The position numbers were made by a program, and so were the translations under genes. 64,000 nt of DNA from Candidatus Falkowbacteria bacterium. GTDB lineage: Bacteria; Patescibacteriota; Patescibacteriia; CAIXNZ01. Below, one piece after another: positions 19,144-28,640 of the stretch (positions are counted from its first letter, which is position 1; every line of letters starts with the position of its first letter). Location of the stretch: positions 159,224-223,223 of the forward strand of contig CAVZGV010000006.1 in assembly GCA_963774955.1 (NCBI GenBank), written 5' to 3'. Below the pieces are notes generated by a model. It ran no database searches. It saw only the letters and a list, made by a program, of their open reading frames with translations, and was not told the DNA's origin.

Positions 19144-20274
19144 TTAAAACTTTACCGAGGCCCGAACCGAACCACCGTCACTATGAGAGCCTGGATAACG
19201 CCAATCCAAGCGGAACTGACGATTAAACCGATTCCAACGGCCAAACGGCACAGCGCCTTTCCCTTTAAAATATGCCCCAGCATTCCAGCAGCCTTTGCCC
19301 TGTCCGTCCCAATCATCTATCATTTGATCATGATGTTGCAGCTGCTGTATTAAATATATCAGCTGCGCCTCGGGCGTGGTAAATTGTTCATCAGCGTACT
19401 GCTCCTCAGTCTGAATCTTGGCCAGATATTGTTCAGGGCTTTGGCCTGCGTCAAACTGTTGCCTGCCTTCTATGTCTTTTCCCTTGCCTTTTTCCGGTAA
19501 ATCCGGCAGGTCTTCAATAAACATCACTTGCCAACCTACGCTCTCCGAGCTTCGGTTGGCAAGCCAGCCGGATAAAAGTTCTGACTTAGTCTGACCTCCA
19601 TGGTTATCTTTATCAAACTTTTTAACTCCATAAACCAGATTACCGTTGATATCAGCATCTTTGTATTCATCATTTACAAAAACCGGCTGATTCTCATCTA
19701 GTTCCAACTTTGTGCCGTCTGTAGCCAGCAATTTGCCCTCTTTATGCTTTTTGATTATTAACTTCCCAGCTTTCTCTGCAATTTCACTTAGCTTCATGCC
19801 AATCGGCACCAAAAGCAACTGGGTAAAGCCCTGCTCTCTTTTTTTATCCAGCATTTCGGCTTTGGCTTCCATTCGATCCTTTATCTCCTGATAGCTCGGA
19901 ATCAGCTGTTCTTGCCCGAGAATATCAATCATGCCCCATTGGCCGTTTTTAAACTCCTGCAAGATGCCAACTTGTTTGAGTGTTTCCACTTGTTGGTCAT
20001 ATTGTTCCTGCAAATTAAATTCCTGTTCAAGATTTTCGCGTTTTAACTTACGTCCGTGAATTGTTTCCATTTTTGCCTTTACCTGCTGCAGTAAATTTAA
20101 AGCAGCCGACAAATTGCCGGCTTTTTCTGCATCGACGGCTTTGGTTACCAGTTCATTAATTTCCTGGCGCTGCTCATCAGTCATTTCCATTTCCTTAGCC
20201 TGCAACAAACTGCGTCTGGCCATTTCCATGACCGGCGCTTCGGGAGTTTGTAGTTTTTCCATTCCTTTTTTCAT
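19144..20274 (-). CDS. DGR target protein 1
   Basis: VR1 at the C-terminus; no signal peptide. Start probably 20274 (the ORF extends to 20283). Confidence 0.93.
   Translation of the reverse strand: MKKGMEKLQTPEAPVMEMARRSLLQAKEMEMTDEQRQEINELVTKAVDAEKAGNLSAALNLLQQVKAKMETIHGRKLKRENLEQEFNLQEQYDQQVETLKQVGILQEFKNGQWGMIDILGQEQLIPSYQEIKDRMEAKAEMLDKKREQGFTQLLLVPIGMKLSEIAEKAGKLIIKKHKEGKLLATDGTKLELDENQPVFVNDEYKDADINGNLVYGVKKFDKDNHGGQTKSELLSGWLANRSSESVGWQVMFIEDLPDLPEKGKGKDIEGRQQFDAGQSPEQYLAKIQTEEQYADEQFTTPEAQLIYLIQQLQHHDQMIDDWDGQGKGCWNAGAYFKGKGAVPFGRWNRFNRQFRLDWRYPGSHSDGGSVRASVKF
19145..19257 (-). repeat. Variable repeat VR1
   Basis: 19 mismatches to the TR, all at TR adenines; the 3' 27 nt are invariant (IMH-like). 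Confidence 0.97.
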
Positions 20275-20317
20275 AAATTTCATTTGGGCGAAAACGCCCG
20301 TTGTCTTTTGTCATTTC

Positions 20318-21386
20318 GGGTAAATGGTACCCAAACTGGTTGGTGAAAAGACAAAATTTCTGTTAAGGTTAGATTAAAATTGATACTTAATATTAAACTG
20401 GTTCAATATTATGAAAAAAAACTTGTCCAGATTGCTCCTCTAATAATGTAATTTTTTATGGCCAAAATGATTGCGGACGGCAAAGATTCAAGTGCGGGAA
20501 GTGCAATCGACTGTTTGTTTTCCGCAATGCAAAGAATAAATTGAACCGCCAACTTAAATGGTTTAAATTATGGATAGCCGAAGGATATTCAGTCAGGCAA
20601 ATTTCGGGAATTAGCCACCACAGCAGGAAAACAATTAAGGGAATAATCAGTTATTGGCTCGCAAAATTACCGAGCCCTTTAAACGTACAAACCGGAATAA
20701 AATATCTGCTTTTTGATGGTACATATTTCCACCGCATGAATTGCTTAATGCTGGCAATGAATAATGCCAATGGCCAAATCATCACAAATAGGTATTTAAG
20801 GCGTGAAAATTACTTTGCCGCCCTTGAGCTGTTCAAGGAGCTGTCAGATAAAGGAATCAAGCCTACAGCCATTACAATTGACGGTAATACTAGCGTAATT
20901 AGAGCCTTAAAGGACGCATGGCCGAATATCGTAATACAGCGCTGTATCGTTCATATCCAGAGGCAGGGATTATCTTGGTTAAGAATGCGTCCTAAACTGG
21001 AGCCATCGATACAATTACGCAAGATATTACTGGCGGTAACAAACATTAACAATTATCCGGAAAAACATAAATTTATTTCAGATTTTCATAAGTGGGAAAG
21101 AAAATTCGGCAAAGCGGTTTCAAGACTCGACTGTAACCACAAAGTCTTTAGTGATTTGCAAAGAACTAGAAGCTTAGTAATTCATGCCTTGCCCGACATG
21201 TTCCATTATTTAGATAATCCGAATATCGCCAAATCAACGAATAAACTTGAAGGATATTTTTCTCGTTTAAAAAGATTGTATCGCCAGCATTCAGGATTAA
21301 GCAAAGATAACAGAAACAATTACATTAGCTGGTATATTCATTTCAAAAATCATTAATTCACCAACCAGTTTGGACCCCTTATACCC
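20318..21386 (+). mobile_element. Insertion sequence copy 2 (direct repeat of copy 1)
   Basis: Same TIRs, same A8 run and identical translated transposase; offset 4776 bp. Confidence 0.9.
20411..21356 (+). CDS. Transposase, copy 2 (frameshifted at A8)
   Basis: Same protein sequence as copy 1. Confidence 0.8.
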
Positions 21387-21496
21387 GGTATGACAACGGG
21401 CGTTTTCGCCCTCGCAAGTATTCACCGTATTATTAATTTTTAAAAAATCAAATCCGAAAACAATAAAACAATATCTCAAGTCCCAAACTCCAAATC

Positions 21497-22642
21497 TTAA
21501 AACTTTACCGAGGCCCGAACCGAAGCAAGGTCATAAGGAGCGTCTGGAGAACGCCAAGCCAAGTAGAACTGATGAAGATCCCGAACCCAAAGGCCAAACG
21601 GCACAGCGCCTTGCCCTTTAAAATATGCCCCAGCATTCCAGCAGCCTTTGCCCTGTCCGTCCCAATCATCTATCATTTGATCATGATGTTGCAGCTGCTG
21701 TATTAAATATATCAGCTGCGCCTCGGGCGTGGTAAATTGTTCATCAGCGTACTGCTCCTCAGTCTGAATCTTGGCCAGATATTGTTCAGGGCTTTGGCCT
21801 GCGTCAAACTGTTGCCTGCCTTCTATGTCTTTTCCCTTGCCTTTTTCCGGTAAATCCGGCAGGTCTTCAATAAACATGACTTGCCAACCTACGCTCTCCG
21901 AGCTTCGGTTGGCAAGCCAGCCGGATAAAAGTTCTGACTTAGTCTGACCTCCATGGTTATCTTTATCAAACTTTTTAACTCCATACACCAGATCACCATT
22001 TATATCAGCGTCTTTATATATTTCATCCACAAAAACAGGTTGTGGCTTGCCATTTTCATCTAATTTGATTTCCAGCTTGGCTCCGTCTGTTCCCAGCAAT
22101 TTGCCCTCTTTATGCTTTTTGATTATTAACTTCCCAGCTTTCTCTGCAATTTCACTTAGCTTCATGCCAATCGGCACCAAAAGCAACTGGGTAAAGCCCT
22201 GCTCTCTTTTTTTATCCAGCATTTCGGCCTTGGCTTCCATTCGTTTTTTAATCTCTTCATAGCTGGGTATTGGCTGTTCATTGCCTAAAATATCTACAAT
22301 TCCCCAGTTACCGTTTTTGAATTCCTGCAGAATACCTACTTCTTTTAAAGTCTGAAATTGTTCTTCGTATTGTTCCTTTAAATTTAATTCTTGTTCCAAA
22401 TTTTCTTTGGCTACATTCGCTTTTTGCAACTTTTCCATTTTTTTCTTGACCTGATTTAAAAGTTTTATAGCTCCGGCCAAATCTTTGGCATTTTCCTTGG
22501 CAACAGCCTGATCAATCAGTTCCATTATTTCCGCTTTTTGTTCAGCAGTCATTGCCATTTCCTTAACCGAACCCAAAACCTGCCTGGCCATGGCCAGAGC
22601 CGATGCTTCGGAATTTTTTACTTGTTCCATTTTTCTCGACAT
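21497..22642 (-). CDS. DGR target protein 2
   Basis: Paralog of target 1 with VR2 at the C-terminus. Confidence 0.93.
   Translation of the reverse strand: MSRKMEQVKNSEASALAMARQVLGSVKEMAMTAEQKAEIMELIDQAVAKENAKDLAGAIKLLNQVKKKMEKLQKANVAKENLEQELNLKEQYEEQFQTLKEVGILQEFKNGNWGIVDILGNEQPIPSYEEIKKRMEAKAEMLDKKREQGFTQLLLVPIGMKLSEIAEKAGKLIIKKHKEGKLLGTDGAKLEIKLDENGKPQPVFVDEIYKDADINGDLVYGVKKFDKDNHGGQTKSELLSGWLANRSSESVGWQVMFIEDLPDLPEKGKGKDIEGRQQFDAGQSPEQYLAKIQTEEQYADEQFTTPEAQLIYLIQQLQHHDQMIDDWDGQGKGCWNAGAYFKGQGAVPFGLWVRDLHQFYLAWRSPDAPYDLASVRASVKF
21498..21610 (-). repeat. Variable repeat VR2
   Basis: 22 mismatches to the TR, all at TR adenines. Confidence 0.97.
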
Positions 22643-22725
22643 ACGGTTAATCCCTTCTTACTCTTCTTACCCGTCTTCCCCCTTTTTACCCTTTCCAAAC
22701 AGACTTCAAACTTCGAACTTCAATC

Positions 22726-23784
22726 TTAGTAAATTTTGTCCATCAGCACTATAATCACCCCGATCACCGCCATGACCGTGGCAATCAGCCAAAAGCGCAT
22801 GACGATTTTGCACTCAGTCCAACCTTGGGCTTCCAGATGATGATGAATCGGCGCGGAGATAAATACTTTACGCTTAAAATATTTTTTGGAGAACATTTGT
22901 GTGGCGGAGGATAAGGCTTCAATCACGAACAAAAATCCGATTACCGGCAAAATTAAAACTGAGTTGGTCAGCATGGCCACTATGCCTAAAGTAACTCCCA
23001 ACCCCATGGAACCGGTATCTCCCATCATAAATCTGGCCGGATTAATATTGAACCACAAAAAGGAAATCAAGGCACCGACAATCACCCCGCAAAAAGTCGC
23101 TAAATCATATCTACCTTGGGTAAAAGCGATTATGGCAAAGGCAGCAAAAGCCGAGGCCAAAAGTCCGCCGGCCAAACCGTCCAGGCCGTCGGTAATATTT
23201 ACTGCGTTGGAAGTGGCCACAATGATAAAAGTAAAAATCGGAATATACCACCAACCGATTTGAAAATCACCAATAAACGGTACCCGAATTAAATCCCAAT
23301 CCAATTTAAAATAAAACCAGAAAGCGCTAACCAAAGCAATGACCGTATAAATTAATAACTTGTAACGCATTTGCAAACCACCGCCTTTGGGGCCAATACC
23401 CTTGATATTTAAAACATCATCAAACATACCGACCAGCGCTGAAGCGACTAAAGCACCCAGAGGTAAAAGCGTCTGAGACCTGGTCAAAAAGTTTAACTTA
23501 TCAAAAATCTCCCAGGTAGTCCATTGCGCCAAAGCGTAAAAAATTAAAGCCAGAGCCAAAACAGTAACCCAAATTAAAATGCCTCCCATGGTCGGCGTAC
23601 CCGCCTTATGCGCATGTAATTGGGACATGACCGGAGCTCCGCCATCCGCAGTTCTGATTTTCTTGCCCCAATTATACTTGTACATAAAAAAAGTCAAGGC
23701 CGGAGTCCATAAAATTGCTACCACGAAAGCCAAAGCGCTAAGAAATAAAATTTTTACGATAATAAATGCATCCATATATTTCAA
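22726..23784 (-). CDS. mraY: Phospho-MurNAc-pentapeptide transferase MraY
   Basis: KAGTPTMGG, NAVNITDGLDGL, MGDTGS and APIHHH motifs. Confidence 0.95.
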   Translation of the reverse strand: MKYMDAFIIVKILFLSALAFVVAILWTPALTFFMYKYNWGKKIRTADGGAPVMSQLHAHKAGTPTMGGILIWVTVLALALIFYALAQWTTWEIFDKLNFLTRSQTLLPLGALVASALVGMFDDVLNIKGIGPKGGGLQMRYKLLIYTVIALVSAFWFYFKLDWDLIRVPFIGDFQIGWWYIPIFTFIIVATSNAVNITDGLDGLAGGLLASAFAAFAIIAFTQGRYDLATFCGVIVGALISFLWFNINPARFMMGDTGSMGLGVTLGIVAMLTNSVLILPVIGFLFVIEALSSATQMFSKKYFKRKVFISAPIHHHLEAQGWTECKIVMRFWLIATVMAVIGVIIVLMDKIY

Positions 23785-23809
23785 AAATCTTTTTATTAAT
23801 AATAAAAGT

Positions 23810-24196
23810 TTAAATATTTAAAAGGATTACAAACATTCCCGCCAGAAAAAGAATGATCTGAATTATTGTCTGAGAAAAGATAAAAAGATAACTAATCATC
23901 TTTTCCTGCAAGAAAAAAATGTAAGCCAATGTATTATTCAAAATAATTATAATTAAGCCCAGAATTGGAATTATAAAAACGTTATACCAGGGTCCAATAT
24001 TATCAATGCCGAAATAAATATTATAGTGCAAAGAAATCTGCCCGAGTTCAGACAGATATGATAAAGGGTGCAATTTGAAATATAAAGCGCCCCACAATGT
24101 AACATTTACAAGCACGCTAACCACGAAATTTATTTTTACCCACAAATCTTCGCGGTAGGGATGTTCAAAAAATTTAGAAATACTATAAAGCCACAT
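23810..24196 (-). CDS. Membrane protein (DUF1648-like)
   Basis: TM segment, LHYNIYFGID, then two TM segments. Confidence 0.6.
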   Translation of the reverse strand: MWLYSISKFFEHPYREDLWVKINFVVSVLVNVTLWGALYFKLHPLSYLSELGQISLHYNIYFGIDNIGPWYNVFIIPILGLIIIILNNTLAYIFFLQEKMISYLFIFSQTIIQIILFLAGMFVILLNI

Positions 24197-24222
24197 ATTT
24201 TTAAGTCAAAAGTAAAAAGTTA

Positions 24223-24257
24223 AAGCCGCGGAGCGGCTTCCCGCTACGCGGGAAAGT
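24223..24257. repeat. 35-bp double-hairpin REP-like repeat (second copy at 62596-62630)
   Basis: AAGCCGCGGAGCGGCTTCCCGCTACGCGGGAAAGT is identical at both sites and embedded in AAAGT heptamer repeats. Confidence 0.85.
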
Positions 24258-24377
24258 AGAAAGTTAAAAGTTTGGAATTAATTATCTAAATTTTAGCATA
24301 AATAGGTTAAAAATAAAAGCCCTGATTTTTCAGAACTTCTATTCGTATATTCGTTATAAATTCGTATTTCGTAGATC

Positions 24378-25586
24378 TTACTTTCTTTTTACAGGCGACA
24401 TTTTGCGCAAACGTTCCACGATTTTCGGTAAAACCGCAATCACCCGGTCAATTTCCTTGGCTGTGGTAAATTTACCCAGGGTAAAACGGATTGAGGCATG
24501 GCAATCTTCCGGAGGTATGCCCATGGCCCGTAGGACATGCGACGGCTCTAAAGATCCTGAAGCACAGGCTGAGCCCGTAGAAACAGCAATGCCTTCCAGG
24601 TCCAGCATTAAAAGCATACTTTCCCCTTCAGCACCTAAAAAGCTGATGTTGGCATTAGCCGGCACCCTATTAGTAATATCGCCATTAATCTGAGTGTCTG
24701 GAATCTTTTTGGTTAAACCGGAAATCAATTTATCCCGCAACTTTTTTATTTGGTTATTGGTTATTGGTGCTTGGTGATTGACCAGCTCGACTGCGGCGCC
24801 CAATCCGACTATACCGGCGACGTTATAAGTACCTGGTCTGATATTATATTCTTGATGACCGCCAAAAGTTATGGATTTAATCGGCGTACCTTCTTTAACA
24901 AACAAAGCGCCGACTCCTTTGGGCCCATAAATTTTATGTCCAGAAATGGTTATCAGATCAACTTTTAGACTTTCAGCCTTCATTGGGCAGTAATTTACAG
25001 CCTGCACGGCATCAGTATGAAAATAGATTTTATCGAATGAATTTTTAATCTTGCGTTTGGCATTTGCGTTTTCGATTAAATCGCCAATTTTTCTCAGCGG
25101 CTGAATCGTACCGATTTCATTATTCACATACATAATGGAAACTAAAATCGTATTAGCCTTAATCGCGGCTTTGATTTCATCAATTTTTACGATCCCTTTG
25201 CTATCCACATTAACGTAAGTCGTTTCAACCAGACCTTCTTTAACCAATTCCTGACAAACTTCCAAAATAGCCGGATGTTCAATTTTTGAAGTTATAATAT
25301 GGGGTAAAAAATCGGGTTTATTTTTTTTAAAGGCCATAACCAAACCGCGCAAAGCTAAGTTATTGCTTTCCGTCGCGCCTGAAGTGAATATCACTTCTTT
25401 AAACTTACTGCCAAACAATGTAGCCAGCTGTTCCCTGGCCCAGTCCACGCCTTTGATTGCATCCTGACCGAAAGAATGTAATGAGGAGGCGTTGCCAAAA
25501 ATTTCCGTCATATACGGATGAATTTTTTTTCTGACTTCCGGATCAATCGGCGTAGTCGCGGAATGATCCAAATATATTTTTTGCAT
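24378..25586 (-). CDS. iscS: Cysteine desulfurase IscS/NifS
   Basis: YLDHSATTP, SGHKIYGPKG and STGSAC motifs. Confidence 0.93.
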   Translation of the reverse strand: MQKIYLDHSATTPIDPEVRKKIHPYMTEIFGNASSLHSFGQDAIKGVDWAREQLATLFGSKFKEVIFTSGATESNNLALRGLVMAFKKNKPDFLPHIITSKIEHPAILEVCQELVKEGLVETTYVNVDSKGIVKIDEIKAAIKANTILVSIMYVNNEIGTIQPLRKIGDLIENANAKRKIKNSFDKIYFHTDAVQAVNYCPMKAESLKVDLITISGHKIYGPKGVGALFVKEGTPIKSITFGGHQEYNIRPGTYNVAGIVGLGAAVELVNHQAPITNNQIKKLRDKLISGLTKKIPDTQINGDITNRVPANANISFLGAEGESMLLMLDLEGIAVSTGSACASGSLEPSHVLRAMGIPPEDCHASIRFTLGKFTTAKEIDRVIAVLPKIVERLRKMSPVKRK

Positions 25587-25661
25587 AGGTTACAAATATA
25601 AAAATTAAATACAAATTATTACGAATTTTAGTACCGGATAAAAACCAAACTGTTTTTATCT

Positions 25662-26666
25662 CTAGTTGCCCGCTGACAATTCCGGTTTGTGGGGATTGAG
25701 CTTATTGCCTGTTTCATAGACTGACTGCGGCTTGTCCCAATCCTCCTTTAGGTTTTGAATTCTAAATTTTAAGCCGTCAAGAAAAGCGTCGATATCCGCT
25801 GTTTTTTTAAACAGAGGCGCGTAAAGCGGATCATCTTTGATAATGGCTAAGGGATCCTGCCCTTTAAGATAATCATGAACAAGTATTTTTACCCCCTTAG
25901 ACTTATCATCAGCAATTATTCGCGCTGATTTCTCAGGGCCTGAGCCGACTTCTACCAATATCATCTGAGTATCTTTGGACTTTTCAGTAATAATAGTCCT
26001 GACATTGGCCCGCGGATTTTTAGCCGGGTTATCATCATTTTCCCTGATAGTATAAAAATCGCTGTAAAATATCTTTTCCGGCTGTCCTTCTTTTTTTTCA
26101 ACCTCCAGGGTTCTAACCCAGCGTACCGGCCGTAATTTATCACCTATTTTAAATAAGCCCTCGTCTAAGCGGTTGTATTCGATTTTCTGAGGAAATTTTT
26201 CCCCATTTTCATCCAGCTCATAAGTATAAACCATGGTGCCATGCGATTGTTCCAGGGCTTCACCTTCAGCTTCATTAATTTTTTCAAAACTTTTATCCAT
26301 GACAGCCTTTCTTAGGCTGACTTCAATGCGGTCGGCCCTGGCAGGCTGTTTTTGACTGATAAAAAACTCATGGGTCAATTTATCTGTTTCAGCTTTAGCC
26401 TTCACCGTGGCCAGAGTCACAAATTGCCCCCTGGTGTCCTCGGCATAGGAAGTGTCCCGACGATCTTCATACGCGACCACATAATATTTGCCGGGATAGT
26501 CAGCGACTAAAGGAGCAAAAGCCTCAGGCAAGGCCACGGCTTCATTTTCACCACGGCTGGCGATTTTGTTTTTTTTCGCCAAAGCAAAAAGATCCTGAAT
26601 TAAAGGGAAAGGACGCTTAAGCTCCTGTTTGGAAGGTATAGCTAATGGAGAATCTATATTTTTCAT
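25662..26666 (-). CDS. Hypothetical protein inserted in the Fe-S operon
   Basis: 334-aa ORF with no recognised motif. Confidence 0.7.
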   Translation of the reverse strand: MKNIDSPLAIPSKQELKRPFPLIQDLFALAKKNKIASRGENEAVALPEAFAPLVADYPGKYYVVAYEDRRDTSYAEDTRGQFVTLATVKAKAETDKLTHEFFISQKQPARADRIEVSLRKAVMDKSFEKINEAEGEALEQSHGTMVYTYELDENGEKFPQKIEYNRLDEGLFKIGDKLRPVRWVRTLEVEKKEGQPEKIFYSDFYTIRENDDNPAKNPRANVRTIITEKSKDTQMILVEVGSGPEKSARIIADDKSKGVKILVHDYLKGQDPLAIIKDDPLYAPLFKKTADIDAFLDGLKFRIQNLKEDWDKPQSVYETGNKLNPHKPELSAGN

Positions 26667-26705
26667 AAATTATAATATTTAATTCTTCAGACTTTGTTTC
26701 CTGTC

Positions 26706-26930
26706 TTATACCGCGACAACTTCTTTGACGCCCTTAACCTTATCCTTAATCTCCGCCTCAATACCCATTTTCAAAGTCATCTGGGACATAGGACAATGGG
26801 AACAAGCGCCCTGCAACCTGACTTTAACTATGCCGGTTTTTTCATCAACATCAACCAGCTCCACGTCGCCGCCGTCCATCTGCAAACTCGGACGGATGGT
26901 TTCTAAAATTTTTTCAACTTCTTTTTTCAT
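26706..26930 (-). CDS. NifU C-terminal/Nfu-type Fe-S carrier
   Basis: IRPSLQMDGGDVEL...GACSHCP. Confidence 0.92.
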   Translation of the reverse strand: MKKEVEKILETIRPSLQMDGGDVELVDVDEKTGIVKVRLQGACSHCPMSQMTLKMGIEAEIKDKVKGVKEVVAV

Positions 26931-26981
26931 ATTTTTATAATTTACTTCTTAAATTTTAACTTTGTACTTTTTACTTCAAAC

Positions 26982-27404
26982 TTAACAATGCGCGTGTTCC
27001 TCTTCTTCCAAATCCTCTGTAAAAACCTCTCCGCGATAATTAGCCACAGCCTTTTTCAAACCGGCCGCTGCTAAAACAGAACAGTGGATTTTTTCCTTGG
27101 GCATACCACCAAGTTTTTCGGCAATTTCCTCACGGGTAATTTTCAGGGCTTCATCAATGGTTTTGCCTTTGGCCAGTTCGGTCAACATGGAAGACGAGGC
27201 AATGGCTGAACCGCAACCTAACGTTTGAAATTTGATATCTTTAATAATCTCCTGCCCCTTTTTATCTTTATCAACTTTAATATAAATCTTCATCATGTCG
27301 CCGCAGATCGGATTACCAACTTCGCCCACCCCGCTGGGATTTTCAATCTCTCCCTGATTGCGCGGATTTTTAAAATGTTCCATTAAAATTTCAGAGTATT
27401 GCAT
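26982..27404 (-). CDS. iscU: Fe-S scaffold IscU
   Basis: HFKNPRN, NPICGD, GCGSAIASSS and KIHCS motifs. Confidence 0.92.
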   Translation of the reverse strand: MQYSEILMEHFKNPRNQGEIENPSGVGEVGNPICGDMMKIYIKVDKDKKGQEIIKDIKFQTLGCGSAIASSSMLTELAKGKTIDEALKITREEIAEKLGGMPKEKIHCSVLAAAGLKKAVANYRGEVFTEDLEEEEHAHC

Positions 27405-27489
27405 ATTTTTTAGATTATAGGTTTTAGATTTTAGGTTTTAGTTCTTCAACCACAAGCCAAAATCTAAAATCCAAGATCTAAAATCTTAT

Positions 27490-27888
27490 TTAAATTAAAT
27501 CACTTAATTTTATAGAACTTAAAGTTTTACTTATCCCCTGATCCAGTTTCTGCCACACTATCTTAGTCTGGCAATCACAGCTTTTTTGACCGCATAGCCC
27601 TCCCAAACCGGCACAAATATATGGAGCCAAACTTCCCTCAAGGGCTGTGAAAATATCCTTTACTGAAATTTTTGATACTGGCTTGGCTAATTTATATCCG
27701 CCGTTAACGCCTTGAGCACTGACTACAAGTTTAGCCTTTTTTAACCTAGCAAAAAGACGCTCCAAATAAGCCAAAGAGATTTTTTCCTGTTTGGCAATTT
27801 TAGCCAGCGAATAAGGCTCTTGCCCCTGATTTTTCGCCAGATTCACCAAAGCTCTTAAACCATATTCTGATTTCGTAGAAAACATCAT
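27490..27888 (-). CDS. Rrf2/IscR-family regulator
   Basis: YGLRAL, YLERLF..L, GVNGGY and C-terminal Cys residues. Confidence 0.9.
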   Translation of the reverse strand: MMFSTKSEYGLRALVNLAKNQGQEPYSLAKIAKQEKISLAYLERLFARLKKAKLVVSAQGVNGGYKLAKPVSKISVKDIFTALEGSLAPYICAGLGGLCGQKSCDCQTKIVWQKLDQGISKTLSSIKLSDLI

Positions 27889-27992
27889 AACTTATTAAAT
27901 AACCCACCAAAATGGTTGGTGTTTAAAGTATAACATATTTATCCACATTGTCAAAAAAAACCCGCCGGTCAGCATTACGGCGGGTTTAAAAT

Positions 27993-28496
27993 CTATAAGG
28001 CTACCTTTTTGACCCAGGTTTTTTCGCTGATGTCATCCAACGAATCTGGAGTCTTTGAAGTTACCACAATAATATTCGCCTCTGGATTCAAAGAACAAGC
28101 AAGAGTGAAAGAGTTCCCCTCTTCATCTTTCCAGTGCAGTTTGTTTGGGAACTTCCTTTGAGGCTCAAAATCCACTAAGGTAAAGAAGCAACAATTAGGC
28201 AGCTCGGAAAAAAGCATTCTGCTGATACCCAAGTGTCTTTCTAGCCAGTCTTCAAAATGTGCCAAAACCAGTTCTTCCACTTTTCTGCGGACTTCCAGCC
28301 CCACCGGAAAAGCAACATCCACAAAGTTATCATTTTCATTTTTTTTGTTCGGCCAGGCAACAAATAATCCCTGATTGCTTTTGATGACCTTCAAACCCAC
28401 TACCCTAAGCCAACCACTAACTGTCAGGTTAATCCTTGCCTTGAGTTTTTCCTGGTTAACAAAATCAACGTTAATATCAGATATTTCAATATCCAT
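27993..28496 (-). CDS. SpoVG-family protein with a C-terminal extension
   Basis: GLKVI...GLFVAWP...FVDVAFP. Confidence 0.75.
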   Translation of the reverse strand: MDIEISDINVDFVNQEKLKARINLTVSGWLRVVGLKVIKSNQGLFVAWPNKKNENDNFVDVAFPVGLEVRRKVEELVLAHFEDWLERHLGISRMLFSELPNCCFFTLVDFEPQRKFPNKLHWKDEEGNSFTLACSLNPEANIIVVTSKTPDSLDDISEKTWVKKVAL

Positions 28497-28570
28497 AGGT
28501 CCCTCCTTTTAAATTATACTTAAGCCTAAGCCTAGCATAAACTTTGGGTTTCTAAATGTCAAATCCTCTG

Positions 28571-28599
28571 TTGACAGTAATTTTCTATTATGTTAATAT
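28571..28599 (+). promoter_or_regulatory. Sigma70 promoter of rpmA
   Basis: TTGACA-17-TAATAT with an extended TG. Confidence 0.65.
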
Positions 28600-28640
28600 A
28601 TTCCTATAACTTTAGACTTTAAACTTTTAACTTAAAATTT

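Noticed and set aside
18727-21610. Repeated 27-bp TAAAACTTTACCGAGGCCCGAACCGAA as a CRISPR repeat
   Set aside because: The copies are hundreds to thousands of bp apart and are the invariant 3' ends of TR and VRs. No array or cas genes occur in the window.
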